This document shows, piece by piece, positions 24,812 through 38,900 of a DNA stretch of 64,000 nt; positions within the stretch are counted from its first letter, which is position 1, and each line of letters starts with the position of its first letter. A model generated the notes under the pieces. That model was not told the DNA's origin and did not search any database. It was given only the letters and a program-made list of their open reading frames with translations. Location: assembly GCA_051362555.1 (NCBI GenBank), contig CM120645.1, positions 11,904,001 through 11,968,000 of the forward strand, given 5' to 3'. Origin of the DNA: Lingula anatina. Lineage: Eukaryota > Animalia > Brachiopoda. The translations under genes were made by a program, and so were the position numbers.

Positions 24812-27800
24812 ATGCCGAAAGGAAAGAAGAAAGGTAGGAAAATGTCGACATTTTATTTTGACACGTTTCGAATTCATGATAATAAACATTGGCAACATAT
24901 GGAATTCCTTCAAGTTAAATGGGAAAGCTTATCAATCGTCACTTCACTGCGAATGTGCTATTGTTGTGATTTGTATGTATTGTGCTGAAATGTGTAAATC
25001 ACTTAAAATTATATTTATATATTTTTAAACCCACATACCCCGTGACGGCATCATGATCAAATTATTTCGAATTATATTCAAGGTCAGCCACTCAGCTTTG
25101 TCCTACGTTGAACTTCTCCCCTCCCCCTGTAACTTAATGACAATAACAGTGAGCTGAGGCCTCCTGTGATATCAGTTGTTAAAGGATAGAGATGACATTG
25201 GTGCACATGGTTGGTTACTCCTACTGAGTTATTATTGCCCAGGTGTAGGCAAAAATATCTTGTCTGTGACATGGATTCTAACAAACTGATTCTTTTTATA
25301 AATCATTTTCCAGTGAGATTACTTTATTTATTCAAATATTATCAAATACGGATTTATATTATATTTTTTGATTATCTGTTACCAAACTTATTTTTAACTA
25401 CCTCTGTCCAATATAACTTCATCTTTGCATTCCATTATCTGCAGTTTGAATATACATTTTAACAAATGATGAAACATACATATGTTCTCTAATGTTTATC
25501 ATTCAAAACCACCATTGTTTGTTCCACAAGAAATAAATAGATTGCTGTACATGGATTTATCTTCAATTGCGGACTGTTAAAGTTACTGCCAGGGGTCATC
25601 ATCACCAGCCCCAGGGTTTACTTGTAAATTGCTCCTATCTGTTACAGTGATCAGTGATGATTCCCTGATGGCTGTTAATTGGTGTCAATGGCTTCACTGT
25701 TCACAAACTTATAAGCCAATCAGTTAAAGATGTCATGTCTTTTTTATTTAACTTAATTAAAGGTAAAACAGTCCAGTCAGTACTGTCAAGGTGATTGAGC
25801 TCTGAGGAGCCATAATTAAATTTAACATGGACAGGGAGGAAGAGATAATATATGTGTGAACATAAATAGACACTCCATGGAAGAAGCAAAATATTTGTGA
25901 AAATAAATAAAGATACACCCCAATGAAGAAAGCCCAACATAGTGTCTTAAATGCCATTCCTTTATATCCCTTTCACCTTTTCCCTTTGACTAAGACACAA
26001 GTGTTAGCTTTGCTAAGCCCAATACACTGATAAAGCTGACTACACAGTACAAGGCCAAATAAGGGGTATCAGCTAAGGGGTATCAAGTCCTTGTTAAAGT
26101 GATCATTCTGTTTTGAAGAAATCTTGATACACCCTTGTCCTAAAGTTTTAAAGCTATGCAATTTATAATGTGAAATATATTGTACATTGTGTGTGTTGAT
26201 ATATTTCAGGTGGTAGGAAGAGCGTGGACTCTCGACAGTCCAGCGACAATGATGTGGACACACCAGAGAACATGAGTGTGGTCAGTGAGAACTGGTCAAC
26301 AGAGAGTATACCTGAGGATGGAGGTCAGTATAGTTGATGCGCCACTACCACCATTCCAACCTGCATCTGGAAATGGTGTTCTCATATTTGAACACAATAC
26401 ATACAAGTATATTGCATGAACAAGTATGAATGTGTGTGTGTGTGTGTGTGTGTTTGTGCGCGCGCGCATGCGAAAATTCCCTCAGTTTTTCCATCCCTTC
26501 ACTGCCTACTTTACCTCTCAGATTCCTTTAGCTTTTAGACGCTTATCACTGAATTATAAACTGATAAAGAAGAGAATGTTGATCCTCAGCTTAGTTAAAA
26601 TACTGTTGTGCCTGACATTTAAACTCTTAGTGATGAAGAAGTGACCTCTGTTGACCAAAGTTCAAAACAAAGTCAAGATCTTGATATGGATATAACAAGT
26701 AAATGGTGGGTGAGGTTGCCAAGTGCTTTTGCTCCTTGGATACTTTTATTTACTGGTACGTGAAATGTGGAGCATCAGCATGGCAAAAATCCTATCCCCA
26801 CAACTTCCAATGCCGTTGTCTAGGAAAGACGCAAATGAATATATTTTTACCTTTGTGTTACATGTATATTAAATGTTATATATTGGGAGACATTTCATCT
26901 CCCCCCCGCCCCTCACCCCCTCCTCAACCATTACCACATACGGTATACATTATACAAAAGAGAGAATGACAAGTCTGTTTGATAACTTGATAAGAATTAA
27001 CTGATAAGAAATGTGTACTCCCTCAGTGAAATGAAGAATTCTGCCTTGCTCAGGATATTATTCATGTTTCCTGCCAGATAATTCATCTCCCATTTATAGA
27101 AACCACACAGTTAGGTTTATGGAATGTCAATTGCCAAATTACGAGTATCATTTTGTATGTGTATGATTTAGAAGTACTGGTTCCATTACGGAATAAATTT
27201 GTATGGGCATTTATTTTCTAAACAAACAGGACCCTTTCCTCAAACTTTATTTGGCATTCTGCACCCCTAAAACAATATATAATCTCACAGAAATTTAATA
27301 GCCTGGATTAAGTACCGTCTACACACTAGCTTCTTTACATTAAGATGTACCTTGCATCATATTAATCAGGTCAGATATATGCATGGGCTCTGCTGGAGTG
27401 ATGTTAAATGCAGCCATGTATAAAACAGCTGTTTGTGTGGTTGGTTGAGGTAATGAATGGAATATATATGTCCTGATAGGCATATATATTTTATACCAGC
27501 TACTATTTGTTAATGTTAATTTCACCCGATGGCCAAAGTGCATCTTGACATGTACATTTGCCTGCTCTCTTTAATTCACTGTGCATAACACATGGTGATA
27601 TGTGATGAATTGGTTATTACACAGTACAAAGATTGTGTCATGTGGTTTCCTTTTAGAAAGTCACATGGAATTGCAGTATGTTTTAACATACCTGAAATGT
27701 GGCAGTCTTGTGACATTTGATTTGAATTCTCATTTATTATCATGTAAGTGTTGCGTATAGTTGATCTATGCAGTCTGTCTTTTGTAATTGTGAAAAATCT

Positions 27801-30800
27801 GTGCAGTGCCAAAAAATGGATGTAGAGAATTCTTTCTTCAGTTGCAAGTAATTGATTTTTAAATTCATTTTTGTGGCCAACATCTTGAATTTTCACTTTT
27901 CAATTTGTAAAATTTTCACTCTGTCAGTTTAACTCTGAGTGTTATTCTTTCTCTCTAAGTGCCACCTTTTCATACCTATAAAGTCTGTCATTTGGGTAGA
28001 TATAATAACAGAGATGGGGGGAATTTGCCATTCCGCCTGAAAAAATAGTGGACTGGCAAGATTTTTGATAAAGCAGGTTTTCTGGACTGGCAAGGTTCAC
28101 CTGAAATTGCAATACATAAAAATAAACCATATGTAAACACAAGCTATGGAATAAAATACTTAGTTTGGACTAGCACAGAATTAGGAACACCTGCAGAATA
28201 ATTGTAGTGCAGGTCCTACGGAGCTTCTTTATCTCAAGAGTTTTCCCCATGTGTGAATTAATGCTGGTCATAATGGTCTTACTCCCCAAAAAATTCTCCA
28301 TTTCTTAATATATATTTCATGTTCTATTGCAGCTAGTGCAGATGCTGAAGTTGATGAGGTAAGCACACAAGAAAATTTTGAAGACAAGCTAAAAGAATGC
28401 ATAGAGGGCACCACGGAGAAAAGGTAATTATTTGAAGAGGGGAGAAAGATGTTGCAGTAACAGTATTTAAAATTTAAGAATAAAATCAAAATGCGTGATT
28501 ATTGAAAGCATTGTGGTTGACCATATAGTACCAATTTTTTCCTTTAAAATCATCATTTTTAGACTGAAGGAATAATTTAGAAAAAGTTAAGGACTTGGCA
28601 ATTTTGTTTATTCAAATCTCACTGTGTTCTTATACTCTGTCATGGTATCTAATGTAGCAAACATCAGTCTGGGTGGAAATGATAGAAGACATCAGTCTAA
28701 ATTGTTTATCAAGATATACATGTAAGGAAAACTGTTATACATTTACATTTAGTGCTGAGACCAGGAAGAATTCTATACAAGGAATCATGCAAGCGATGAG
28801 GAAAAAGTACACTTTTGATTTCTTTCAGGACAGGTAAGCAGGGGTATCATTATTGTGAACCTTAATTGATTAATTGATCAATTGGTTGATTGGCTGTGAA
28901 ATTTAAAAGAGGCATCTCATGTCTTTAATTTGTTGTAGAATAACTTTGTTGATTGCTGTTGTAGTTAGAAGAATGACTATGAACATTTTGTGATAAGATT
29001 GTTAACTGTTGTTTTGTTATGGAAGTTTGTATTGATTCAGAAGCAATTACTTGTCTGTGCTCATGTAAATACTGTTTGAATTGATAAATATCATGTTGGG
29101 AGTTTTCAACAAGGATATTCTTGTCTGCAAATAAACAGATTAAAACATACAAGTATGCCATTTTATAGTCAATTATCCTGGTAGAATGTTGTAGAATGAA
29201 AAGTAACCTTTTGTTATTCTCTCACTGAAGCCAGAGTAATGTGAACTGTGGTGACGAAGGGAATCCCTGTGATTACCACTGATAACTCTTGATGGGATTC
29301 ATTTTCACCTGTCTCTTGTCTGATTACAGGAAAATGACGGTGACGGACAGTTTAAAGCGCTGTCTCAGTAAGGGCAAGGGTGAGGAGCAGGCACTGGCCG
29401 GGACTTGCGTTTCGTTGCTTTGTGTGACCCTGGGTGGGTCTGAAGACTGCGAGGCAGTTTACGAAGAGATTAAACCCATGCTACAAACTGTTTTACTGGA
29501 CAATTCTGCAGCACTTAAAGCCAGGGCTAGTGTAAGTAAAATATAATCAGGTAAAGACATGATATATGGGGATTTGTGTACTAAGGGCCATTGACATTAT
29601 ACTCTCACCTTGTTTAAGTGCAACTTAAATTCATTTTCTATATCAAGACACATAACTTGTATGTTCATCTTTGTTCATAAAGTGTTCATTGGTAATTTGA
29701 AGATGACTAAGTAGGTGTAAATAAGTTAAAAACAGGTTCACGATTTGAATATTTATAGAAACTTTTTAAATTCAAGAATTGTTAACAAAGCATGGTAATT
29801 TTAACAGTAAAAATGACATTGATGGTCAGTAAACAATAGGAACACAAGATTGATGATATTATTTCAGACACATCATCTTTTTGTATTAAAGCTCTTTTGT
29901 TTGGGTTTCAGTGTGCTACAACTCTTGGCTTATGTACATTTGTCTGCGTTGATGATGTCATGGTGAGTTGTTAACATGGAATAAATTGCCTGTAGTGAAA
30001 AGTAAAATAAAGAAGTAACTGATAACTGCAGGCTTAGAATTGTATAAATCTTTTGATAAAAATTTGCACCAGTAAGAGACATTGTATGAAACTTCATTTT
30101 GTGACATTTAAAAGATTATGTTTAGACTTCATTTATAACAAAATGGCTTCATTTAGGAAAATTGATGATAAGAATATGTTTATGGTATTTGGAAATGTTC
30201 ATTGGAATGTAGTTCAGTTTCTAAAAAATAATAATAATTTTAAAATTGTTATTTTTCATTTCCAGCAAATCCGAGCTGTGATGAATACTCTAGAATCTGT
30301 GTTTAAAGCTTCCTATTTCAAAGGCAATGGTGTGGCCCCGACTCACTCCCCTGAGGTGGCCTCTCTCCACTGTAGTGCTCTCTCAGCCTGGACACTACTG
30401 CTCAGTATATCTCCCCCATCTTATGTAGAAGAGTTTATTGATAGGTGAGGGTTGGTTGGGACCTTGACTAATCTTACAGATTTAGATATGAGAGAGAAAG
30501 AGAAGAGGTGGTCTCTACTTGTTTAATTTCGAATAAGTTTAAAGTTTTAAATAAAGCTTTAAAAATATTTATCTTAAACAATCTTGTTATAATAGTTTGG
30601 ATTAGTATAAATATTTATGGAAAGAATTGTTTGTTGTTGTATATTAAACCTGACGCTGAAGTAATGCTTATGAAAAGAGACCTTTCAGTGTAAAGTGTAT
30701 TAAATCTTTTGGTTAGCTTATCCAAAAAGCCGGTTAATTATTATTTTCTAAACTTTCCATTTCTGTATTTCAGTCATTTATCCAAGCTTCCCCAGCTGTT

Positions 30801-31862
30801 GATCAGTAGTTTAGTAGATCTTAGGATAGCTGCTGGAGAGGCTCTGGCGTTATTGTATGAGCTGGCAAGACAGGATGATGAGGTGAGGGCAGGGCATATA
30901 ATTGTCTTATATCAGTAGTTAAGTAGATCTTAGGATAGCTGATGTAGAGGCTCTGGCATTGTATCAGCTGGCAAGACAGGATGATGAGGTGAGGGCAGGG
31001 CAGCATGGGAGGGGGGCTTGACAACAGTCTGATAACAGTTATGCTAGTTTTGTTATTCCTTGAGTAAATTAATGAGTGAATATTCTCATTCAACCAGTAT
31101 TAGTAAATAAAGACAAAGAAGAGAAACTGCGGCTGGAATTTACTTTGTGTTTTACAGGGTCAGTTCAGATTGCAAGTTGGTTTGTTATTATTTAAAGGTC
31201 TTCATGTTGATATCTTGAGCTAATTGTTTAAATATTTTCATAAAGAATGTCAGATATCACAGTGCATTTAATATATTATATCCAGTAATGTATTTGTCCC
31301 ACTGTTCCAGGAGTTTGAGGGGGATGACATGGACTCCCTATGTGCAATGTTGAAGGGGCTGGCCACTGATAGCCAGAAGTTTAGGGCAAAGAAAGACCGG
31401 AAACAACAGAGGTCAAGCTTCAGGGATATCCTGAGGACAGTGGAGGTATTATTCAGAATATTCTGTTTTATTGTCCTTTTGTTTTCTAAAAGTTTTTGGT
31501 ATGGCTTTCACGTAAAGGGACCAAGATGCTTGTTAACAACATTTCTTTATGTTATGTCTTAGGGTGTTTGAAGAAGGTGTAAGTAATCTAGACAAAGTTT
31601 CATCAAAATTGTGTACCCCTTTTCTCTTCAAACTTAAAGGACGAATTGCTAAATCAAACATTTATTTATCAATTGATTAATTAATCTATTTATTTACCTC
31701 TAGGATGGGGACTTCCCTGATGAGACTGTGAAGTTTGGTGTACATGATGAGAGCCTGTACATAGACAGCTGGGTGAAGAAAGTCCAGTACAACGCTCTTT
31801 GTCAGGTCATGGCCACAGGGATGAACACACATTTACAGGTGAGGTGTAATCCCCCTACTCTC

Positions 31863-31944
<82 letters not shown>

Positions 31945-32990
31945 TGTGGGTTTATTTAGTATTGGTAATGTTAGCATTCTTCTGCATACAAGGAATATAT
32001 TTCCACAATACATGGCTGTTTAACAGCTCCTCAAATGTTTTTGCTAATATGTGATGTAACATGGGTCTCGGTTCATTTGGGTTTCTAAGTGTGTTATTTT
32101 TAGTTTGATGTTTTGTACATCTGTACATTTTATGCACCTACAGCTTCTCCTGATAAGAATCACAAAGAACACTTCATTTAGTGTGAAATTAAAAATAATA
32201 CATTATCAGATATATTTGTCTACATTTCAGTGTCCTTAGTTATAATGTTATAACCTGTAGTAAACTTCCAGTCTCTGTATTTCCAGGAGAATGTTTTAAT
32301 CCGAGATATCTTTGGCCTGGGAGCCCCCATCCCTGTCAGTACCCTCCCTAAGACTAAGATCCACAGATACGAGAGGGTGAGTAGACGGGTACACAGTAAG
32401 AGGTGTACTCAATATAGAACATCTGTTTCTTTCTTTATTTTTGCGTAATTCTTCCTCTGTGTTGAGTTGCATTCATGTTTTATGGGACTTGGTGGTTAAT
32501 GGCTAAAAAATTACGTGCATTTAAGATTGATCACTTGTATTGAGAGTCAGTAAATGGTAAAAATTAAACAGCTTGAGATAATATGTCGAGCGAGATATCT
32601 GTCATGTCATTGTTTGACTGCTTGTTTCCAAATACTTTACCTTTTAGTTTTACGTCTGTTCCATATGTGATGTAACCATAGTTACTACTTTTCATTCAGT
32701 TTATAGTGAATAAAATGAAAAAAGGGGAATATGTATTTTTTAAAAAAAGGATGCAGGATATCTTTCAATTTGTAAGTAGATGCTGGTGAAGGATAGTCTT
32801 TTGCTTTAAGGTTATTTAATTCAAGTGATTTCTGTTTCAATCCCATTGAATGTCATTTAGTAATATTTATGACATCTCCACTTTGTTTTATTTTCAGCAT
32901 TTAATGAACACTGCTGTTGCTAAGGCACGTACCAAGGTCCGGGCAAAGACCAGGGATAAAAGGACTGTATCCGTCAGCTCAACAGGATAG
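24812..32990 (+). CDS. IFRD1: Interferon-related developmental regulator (IFRD1/2 family, ribosome-binding factor)
   Basis: Exons approx 24812-24833, 26210-26323, 28333-28423, 28753-28833, 29330-29531, 29912-29962, 30266-30444, 30774-30882, 31311-31445, 31704-31838, 32287-32376, 32898-32990. Motifs MPKGKKK, ALSAWTLLLS, LRIAAGEALALLYE, LATDSQKFRAKKDRKQQRSSFRDIL, KARTKVRAKTRDKR. Confidence 0.95.
30911..31002 (+). repeat. Intronic tandem copy of the 3' part of an IFRD1 exon including its donor site
   Basis: Copy of 30802-30896 (atcagtagtt..agtagatcttaggatagctg...gatgaggtgagggcagggca). Confidence 0.9.
31865..31940. repeat. (CT)n microsatellite
   Basis: Interrupted CT run in an IFRD1 intron. Confidence 0.95.
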
Positions 32991-33148
32991 TATCTGTCTG
33001 TTGCGCCAGTTAGTATCCATCAGTGCCACTGGATAGTGTTCATCTGATTTCTGGATGATATCCATCAGCTCCTCTGGATAGTATCCCTCAGCTCCTCTGG
33101 ATAGTATCCATTAGCTCCTCTGGATAGTATCCATCAGTGCCAATGGAT
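32985..33148 (+). repeat. ~22-bp minisatellite seeded at the IFRD1 stop codon
   Basis: Repeated ggatagtatcc(a/c)tcagctcctct units; the first overlaps GGA TAG. Confidence 0.8.
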
Positions 33149-35921
33149 ACATAAACATGTTGCAGACAGTCACTGAAGTCAAACTGGTCTGAATTCCTTG
33201 AATAACATACCCAATGTTCTCCAAAATCACATGGTGATTTTTGTTGGAAAAAGAAGTAAAGAGATCTTTCATCATATCATAAAATATTTGGCTCAAGCAT
33301 GGGGGTTGCCGTATGGTTAATTGAAAATCCATAAACTATTGGTTTGGCACAATAACACAGTTGAGCTTAAAATGCTCATCTCAAAAAAAAAAAAAAAAGT
33401 CAGAGTGACTGGTGAACATATATTGAACATATATTGTGGTCATTCATTTTCCTGGTACTGGTCGCTGGTCAAGCACACTAGAGATGGACAGTAGACTGAG
33501 GACTGCCTTCTTCATTTTGGACTGATCTCATCATTTCACCATTACATCCAGTAGTGTAGAAAATCTCATGCCTGTGTCTGCATGTTAAAAATGACACGGT
33601 GGTGTACCAAGCTACTGGCTGCAAGTCACCTACTGACATTTCAGTATATATTGTTTTCTGTTAAAATTGTACTTCTGTTAAGGTTTTGATGATTTGTGAA
33701 GACAAAATCCACTGGTTGCACTCTGAGCTCTTGTTGTGTGTTTAATGACTGCTTTTTTGTAGAAAATAGTAGCAGATTATTCAGTAGGTAAATCATCTTT
33801 AAAGGAGTAGTTCTCTTTAATTGTTTACTGCTTGCAGGATTGTATTTATCTAGTGTCAGTTTACAATCGGAACCTTAGCTCTAGAATTTAGATCTGCACA
33901 GATGATTGGGAGGAATCTTAACACACCAAAAGTGATCCGGCTGAGATATTTTGATCAGATTTTTTTCAATAATAGTTTGTTAGATTGGTATATAACAGGG
34001 CAGTAGGGCAACTTGCTTACTTTATATTTTCCTTTTGAAAAAGACAATATGCATAGTAAAAGATTTAATCAAGATCGTGTGCTTTTAATTCTGGCACTGA
34101 TTACAGTTTGGGTTTTGCGCACATAGGAACATCTTTGTTTCACGTATAAGTGACAGGAGGGAAACAAAAATGTCACCTGAATTTGGGGTAGTTTAGGGCT
34201 ACAATTAACAATATTTGGTGCCAAACCATGCATTTGACCTATTTATTGCTCACACTAGTGTCAAGGACGCAAAATTTGAATCATGACAATATAAAAAGTA
34301 ATTATGAACTCCAGTCAAAATTATTTTGTGACCAGTTGTATAATGTTAATTGTTAAGGTCCCAGAGGATTGATGGATTATTAATTATTGGTAATAATATG
34401 TGATAAACGGTGTTATGAGTCGCACTCAGTCCTGGAACTGCGACACTTATTTATTGGATTAGTAGGTGTTTTACTGTTATTTATTACTTTTATCCCGCAA
34501 AGAGAAACACAAGGATGCAATATTACTGTCAATTAAGTAATATGTTCGTCTTAAGCTATTTGGTGGATATATTCTTTCGTTGAACACATGTTTATGCGTG
34601 TTGCATGTTGTCTAAAATGTTTGGGGAAGTAGTATAGAAACCCAATACACCACTCGTCAGGTTTGCGTAGATCTATATCTATTTTACATCGATGACGGCA
34701 GTGAAGTTCACGTGCGTTAACAATGCATGTGACAATGCAGTAGTTATAGATTATCTACGTGACGGGCATCACTGTTATGCACTGAATTGAGTTGAAAAAT
34801 AAATCCATATGCTATATTTGTTTAGTGTTTTTTTTATCCGAGAAGACACTCGTCATAAGAACGCGTGGACTCTGATAAAAAGATGCAACTATAAAATGCT
34901 CTTAAATTTTTGAAGCTTTTTGTCGATTGTTTCGCAAAAAGAACGTCATCGCGGCCAACGACATTGTGGAAGTTGAGTCCACATAGCACAAGTAATTGTT
35001 TTTGATATAAGATAGGTTTTTGTCTGTAATCAGCATTTAGAGAATTGACAACCACCGAAGGCGTGCACAAGTTTTATCTTAAATTCAAAAACTTTTGTTA
35101 TTAGACGGACCTTTTTTTTAATTTTACGGCATGATATTCAGAGTTTCGACTCCTTAGCCTCTTTGTCTGGCATGCTGTATGCAAAGGTTAGTCGGAGTAC
35201 TGGGGTTAATATATGAATGTCACTTGTATAAAGTAATGGGAAGCAGACTGCGGCTCCTAGCGGACTTCCATTCCTGTCACATCGGAACTGAAAATAAAAG
35301 GCTATACGTACATTCATTCATTTACTTTTTGACAATGTTATATGTGTATGTAAAACAACCAGGTCTTCGGACTGTGCAGTGCTGCCATTAAATGGTTTTA
35401 GACGTCTTATCTGGATTTTATATAGAAGTTCAACGAAGTAGAATTTGTTTTCAAGTCTAAGGGAAATGACCGACCGTCATCGGAAAATTTTCAAAGCCTT
35501 GATAAATAATTTCAATTTTCCTCATCAAAATTAGGAAACGTTGTCTCAGCATCAACCTGACTACTGATTTAGTGGCTACCTTGTCTTGTTACTATCTCTT
35601 TTGTAACCAAAATTCTTTTTGTCTCAAGTGGCTGAGTGTCCAGAAATGGTGACAAGACTTTTAATCAAACTTCAGTTCCAAAAATAAAAAGGTCATTATT
35701 TATCTCTTTATAGATTACATAAAGGGCAAAGGAACACCAAACTCGCAGTGAACGATCTATAAATATATGATTCAACATGACCTGCTTCCCGTATTGGCCG
35801 TATCGTTCTTAAAAACGTTTGTCGACAGTCCAGATGACAAACTTGTCGAGTATTTGTGTTTGAAGGCGCAAAAGTCATCATCTAGCTATAGCTGTATGTA
35901 TAGCACAAAGAAACTATAAGT

Positions 35922-38900
35922 ATGCAGCCGATACGAGTTTTCCTAACTGGATGTTTTCTCAGTACTTGCTGTATACAACTGGTAGCAGGCTTGGTGCAGT
36001 GTCCTAGCAACTATGTCCGTTTAGAATCGTCTTGCTTTCGTTTTGAAAGGTCTAAAAAAAAGAGCTGGGACGCTGCCCGCCGTCGATGTGAAAGCGAAGG
36101 AGCTCATTTAGCTGTCGTAGACACGGTATCCAAAAGGGACATTTTGATAAGCTACATGACCGGCAGAGGAAGTAAGTACGGGCGGGGTGATTATTTGCCT
36201 CACCCAAGTTATTTTACCACAAAATTGCGATTAAAACGCAGTTCAGAAAAAAGGGCTTCGTATTTCATACCATTTTTTACAAAAAATGTATCCTGATAAT
36301 CATATATAACCTAAAAAACTTAACCTGTCCTTTACATCTTGTAAACAGACTATGGTTCTCATTTGGCTGAGATTAATCCATCGAGTTTTTGAAACGTGCT
36401 CACATTATTTCGCAGTTCACCCTATTGTATTTCTTCATCAACTTAACTTGAAACATCATGATATCAGACAACCCTAAGAACCATAAAAATAAAAAATAAA
36501 TAAGCATATTTCTCCTTTACACACACTGGACAAAAGAAGTGTCACCCCTACTGAGCCAATACTATGGGGGAGATAAATGACTGTGGAATGATATGCTCCT
36601 GGTATCATTTTATTAACATCAAATTTCACAAAAAATCACAAAATGAGAACAAAATATACATTCTACCAAAATATGTAGTTTCAAGTCCAAAATTAGTACT
36701 TAGTGGCATAGCCACGTGACCTAATAATAGGTGCCAGTCTACGAAGCAAGGATTCATTTAATTGTCTGATGCGTTCAGGGCTTATGCTGGCCCAAGCATG
36801 AAACACTGAATATAACAGAGTTTCTCTGCTGGTTAGACGGGCATTTGTAAAAACTTTTGACATATCATTCCACACATTTTCTATTATGTTTGTATCCGGA
36901 CTCTGGGCAGGCCACATCACCCTGCGAATGTCCTGTTGGTCAAACCAATCATCAACTGCTCTGGGCCTGTGACAAGGAGCATTGTCATCCTGGTGAACAG
37001 ATGGATAATTCCTTTCACCAAACATGTTAGTAATAGATGGTAGCAACTCCAAAACATCGATATATTTCTAGTGATTCATGTTTCCATTAACCACTATCAA
37101 TTCGCCCAAGCCATGGATGCTGATGCAGCCCCACACCATGATGAATATGCTGCTCCGGGTTCGAAAATTCAGTGCATGTGGTTCAAATGCTTTACCAGCA
37201 GTTTGCCAGCATAGTACCCGTCTGTCATCAGAGGTCAGACCAAAGCGACACTCATCAGAAAAAATATATAGGACCAATTGTCATGAACTGTCCAGTTCCA
37301 GATCCTGTTGACCCTAGTTTACTAGATACGTTGCCTGTTTTGTAACGATATAAGAGGTTTCAGTCTTGCTACCCTGCTTGTACTAAGTTCTTAGATATAC
37401 CGCGGGTATAAATCTAGATACTAGGGGCTCTAATCCACCGTTGAAAGATTCTAGGTTCGGTACGCGATTCCCGACTTGGGTTATGCCCGGAGAGAAGAGT
37501 AACGCAACACCACTGTTTAGTTACAAAATCAAAACTCATCTATTTCCAGGTCGCAGCCTGATTTTATACCTAAATTTGCGTGACAGACTTCATTGTATAT
37601 CTTTATTGAAACTTTATAATTAAAGGAGTTGAGATATGAAAAGAGATTAACTTTAGATAAGAGCTATAAACTTTAAAGGAGATGAGATATGAAAAGAGAT
37701 TATAAGAGCTATAAACTTTGACACGTATTACGAGTCGCGCGCTCAAGCCCGCGACTCAGATTGAATAAATTACTAGTCTGTACACGCCTTCCTTTTTCAC
37801 CAAAAAATTTATGCAATACAATTTTTACTTCGTTAATACGTTGCTTAACATTTTAATATGATTCTATTATTCTATTATTCTTGTATCCTTAAAATCATAA
37901 GTATATACACATCTTTTGAATTCAAAAGCATCGGAACTCGGAGTAAAATCCGGTACCCGATGCTCTCAGGACATGGGGAAAAACCCGTCTAAACCCTTCG
38001 TGGGGAATCCCGGGAAAGTGCCCACGCCTGGATATTATAGTCTATGTACATCACGGTAGCAGGTTATATATACAATGGTCGTCGCTTTTTCAAACTGTCA
38101 TAAAAACGTGGGTCATGCGGGAATTTTCAAAACAATGGCTCGAATTAAAGAAGCGTATGTGTGGAAAGGAATGAAAAAGGAAGTGACGCGCTGGATAAAA
38201 CGATGTCCCACATGCTTAGTTCATAAAAGCAAACCTGAAAGGCCGAGACTAGGTGAAATGCCTATGCCAGCCTACCCTTTTCAAATAGTAGGCATGGATC
38301 TCATCGGTCCATTTGTAACCTCACAAAAGGGGAATAAATACTGTTTAACGGTTGTCGATCATTTGTCTGGGTGGGCCGAATGCTATCCTATTGAAAATAA
38401 AACTGCCTTTGCAGTAGAAACAGCTCTAGCAACCCATTTCTTTCCTACACACGGATTCCCGGAGGTAATCATATCAGACCGCGGTAGCGAATTTAGCGCC
38501 CATGAGTTTAGGGCATACCTGTCGGGTCTAGGCATTGATCATAGAAGATCAGCTCCGTTTAATCCCCAAAGCCCGCGACTCAGGTTGAATAAATTACTAG
38601 TCTGTACATGCTGTACATTCTCTGAGCATGTAACCGACGCCTAGCAATTTTCACAGACACATTCTTATGTGTGAAATTGTTCCACTGTGTTGTCAACTGA
38701 CAAGCAGTGTCGAACTTTGACAACCTGGACATCAAAATCAGTCGTCGGTCTTCACGGCCAGTATTTTTTCTTGGACGACCCATCAGAGGCAATTTGTCTC
38801 TTGATCCAGTGTTTCTATACCGAGACCAGACCCTCTGCACGGTTCTGACTGAACAATTCAATTGTATCGATATTCTGACATTGCTTATATTCCGCCTCTT

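Noticed and set aside
25650-25700. GTGATGA...CTGA in IFRD1 intron 1 as a C/D snoRNA
   Set aside because: Boxes only a few nt apart and no terminal D box at a suitable distance.
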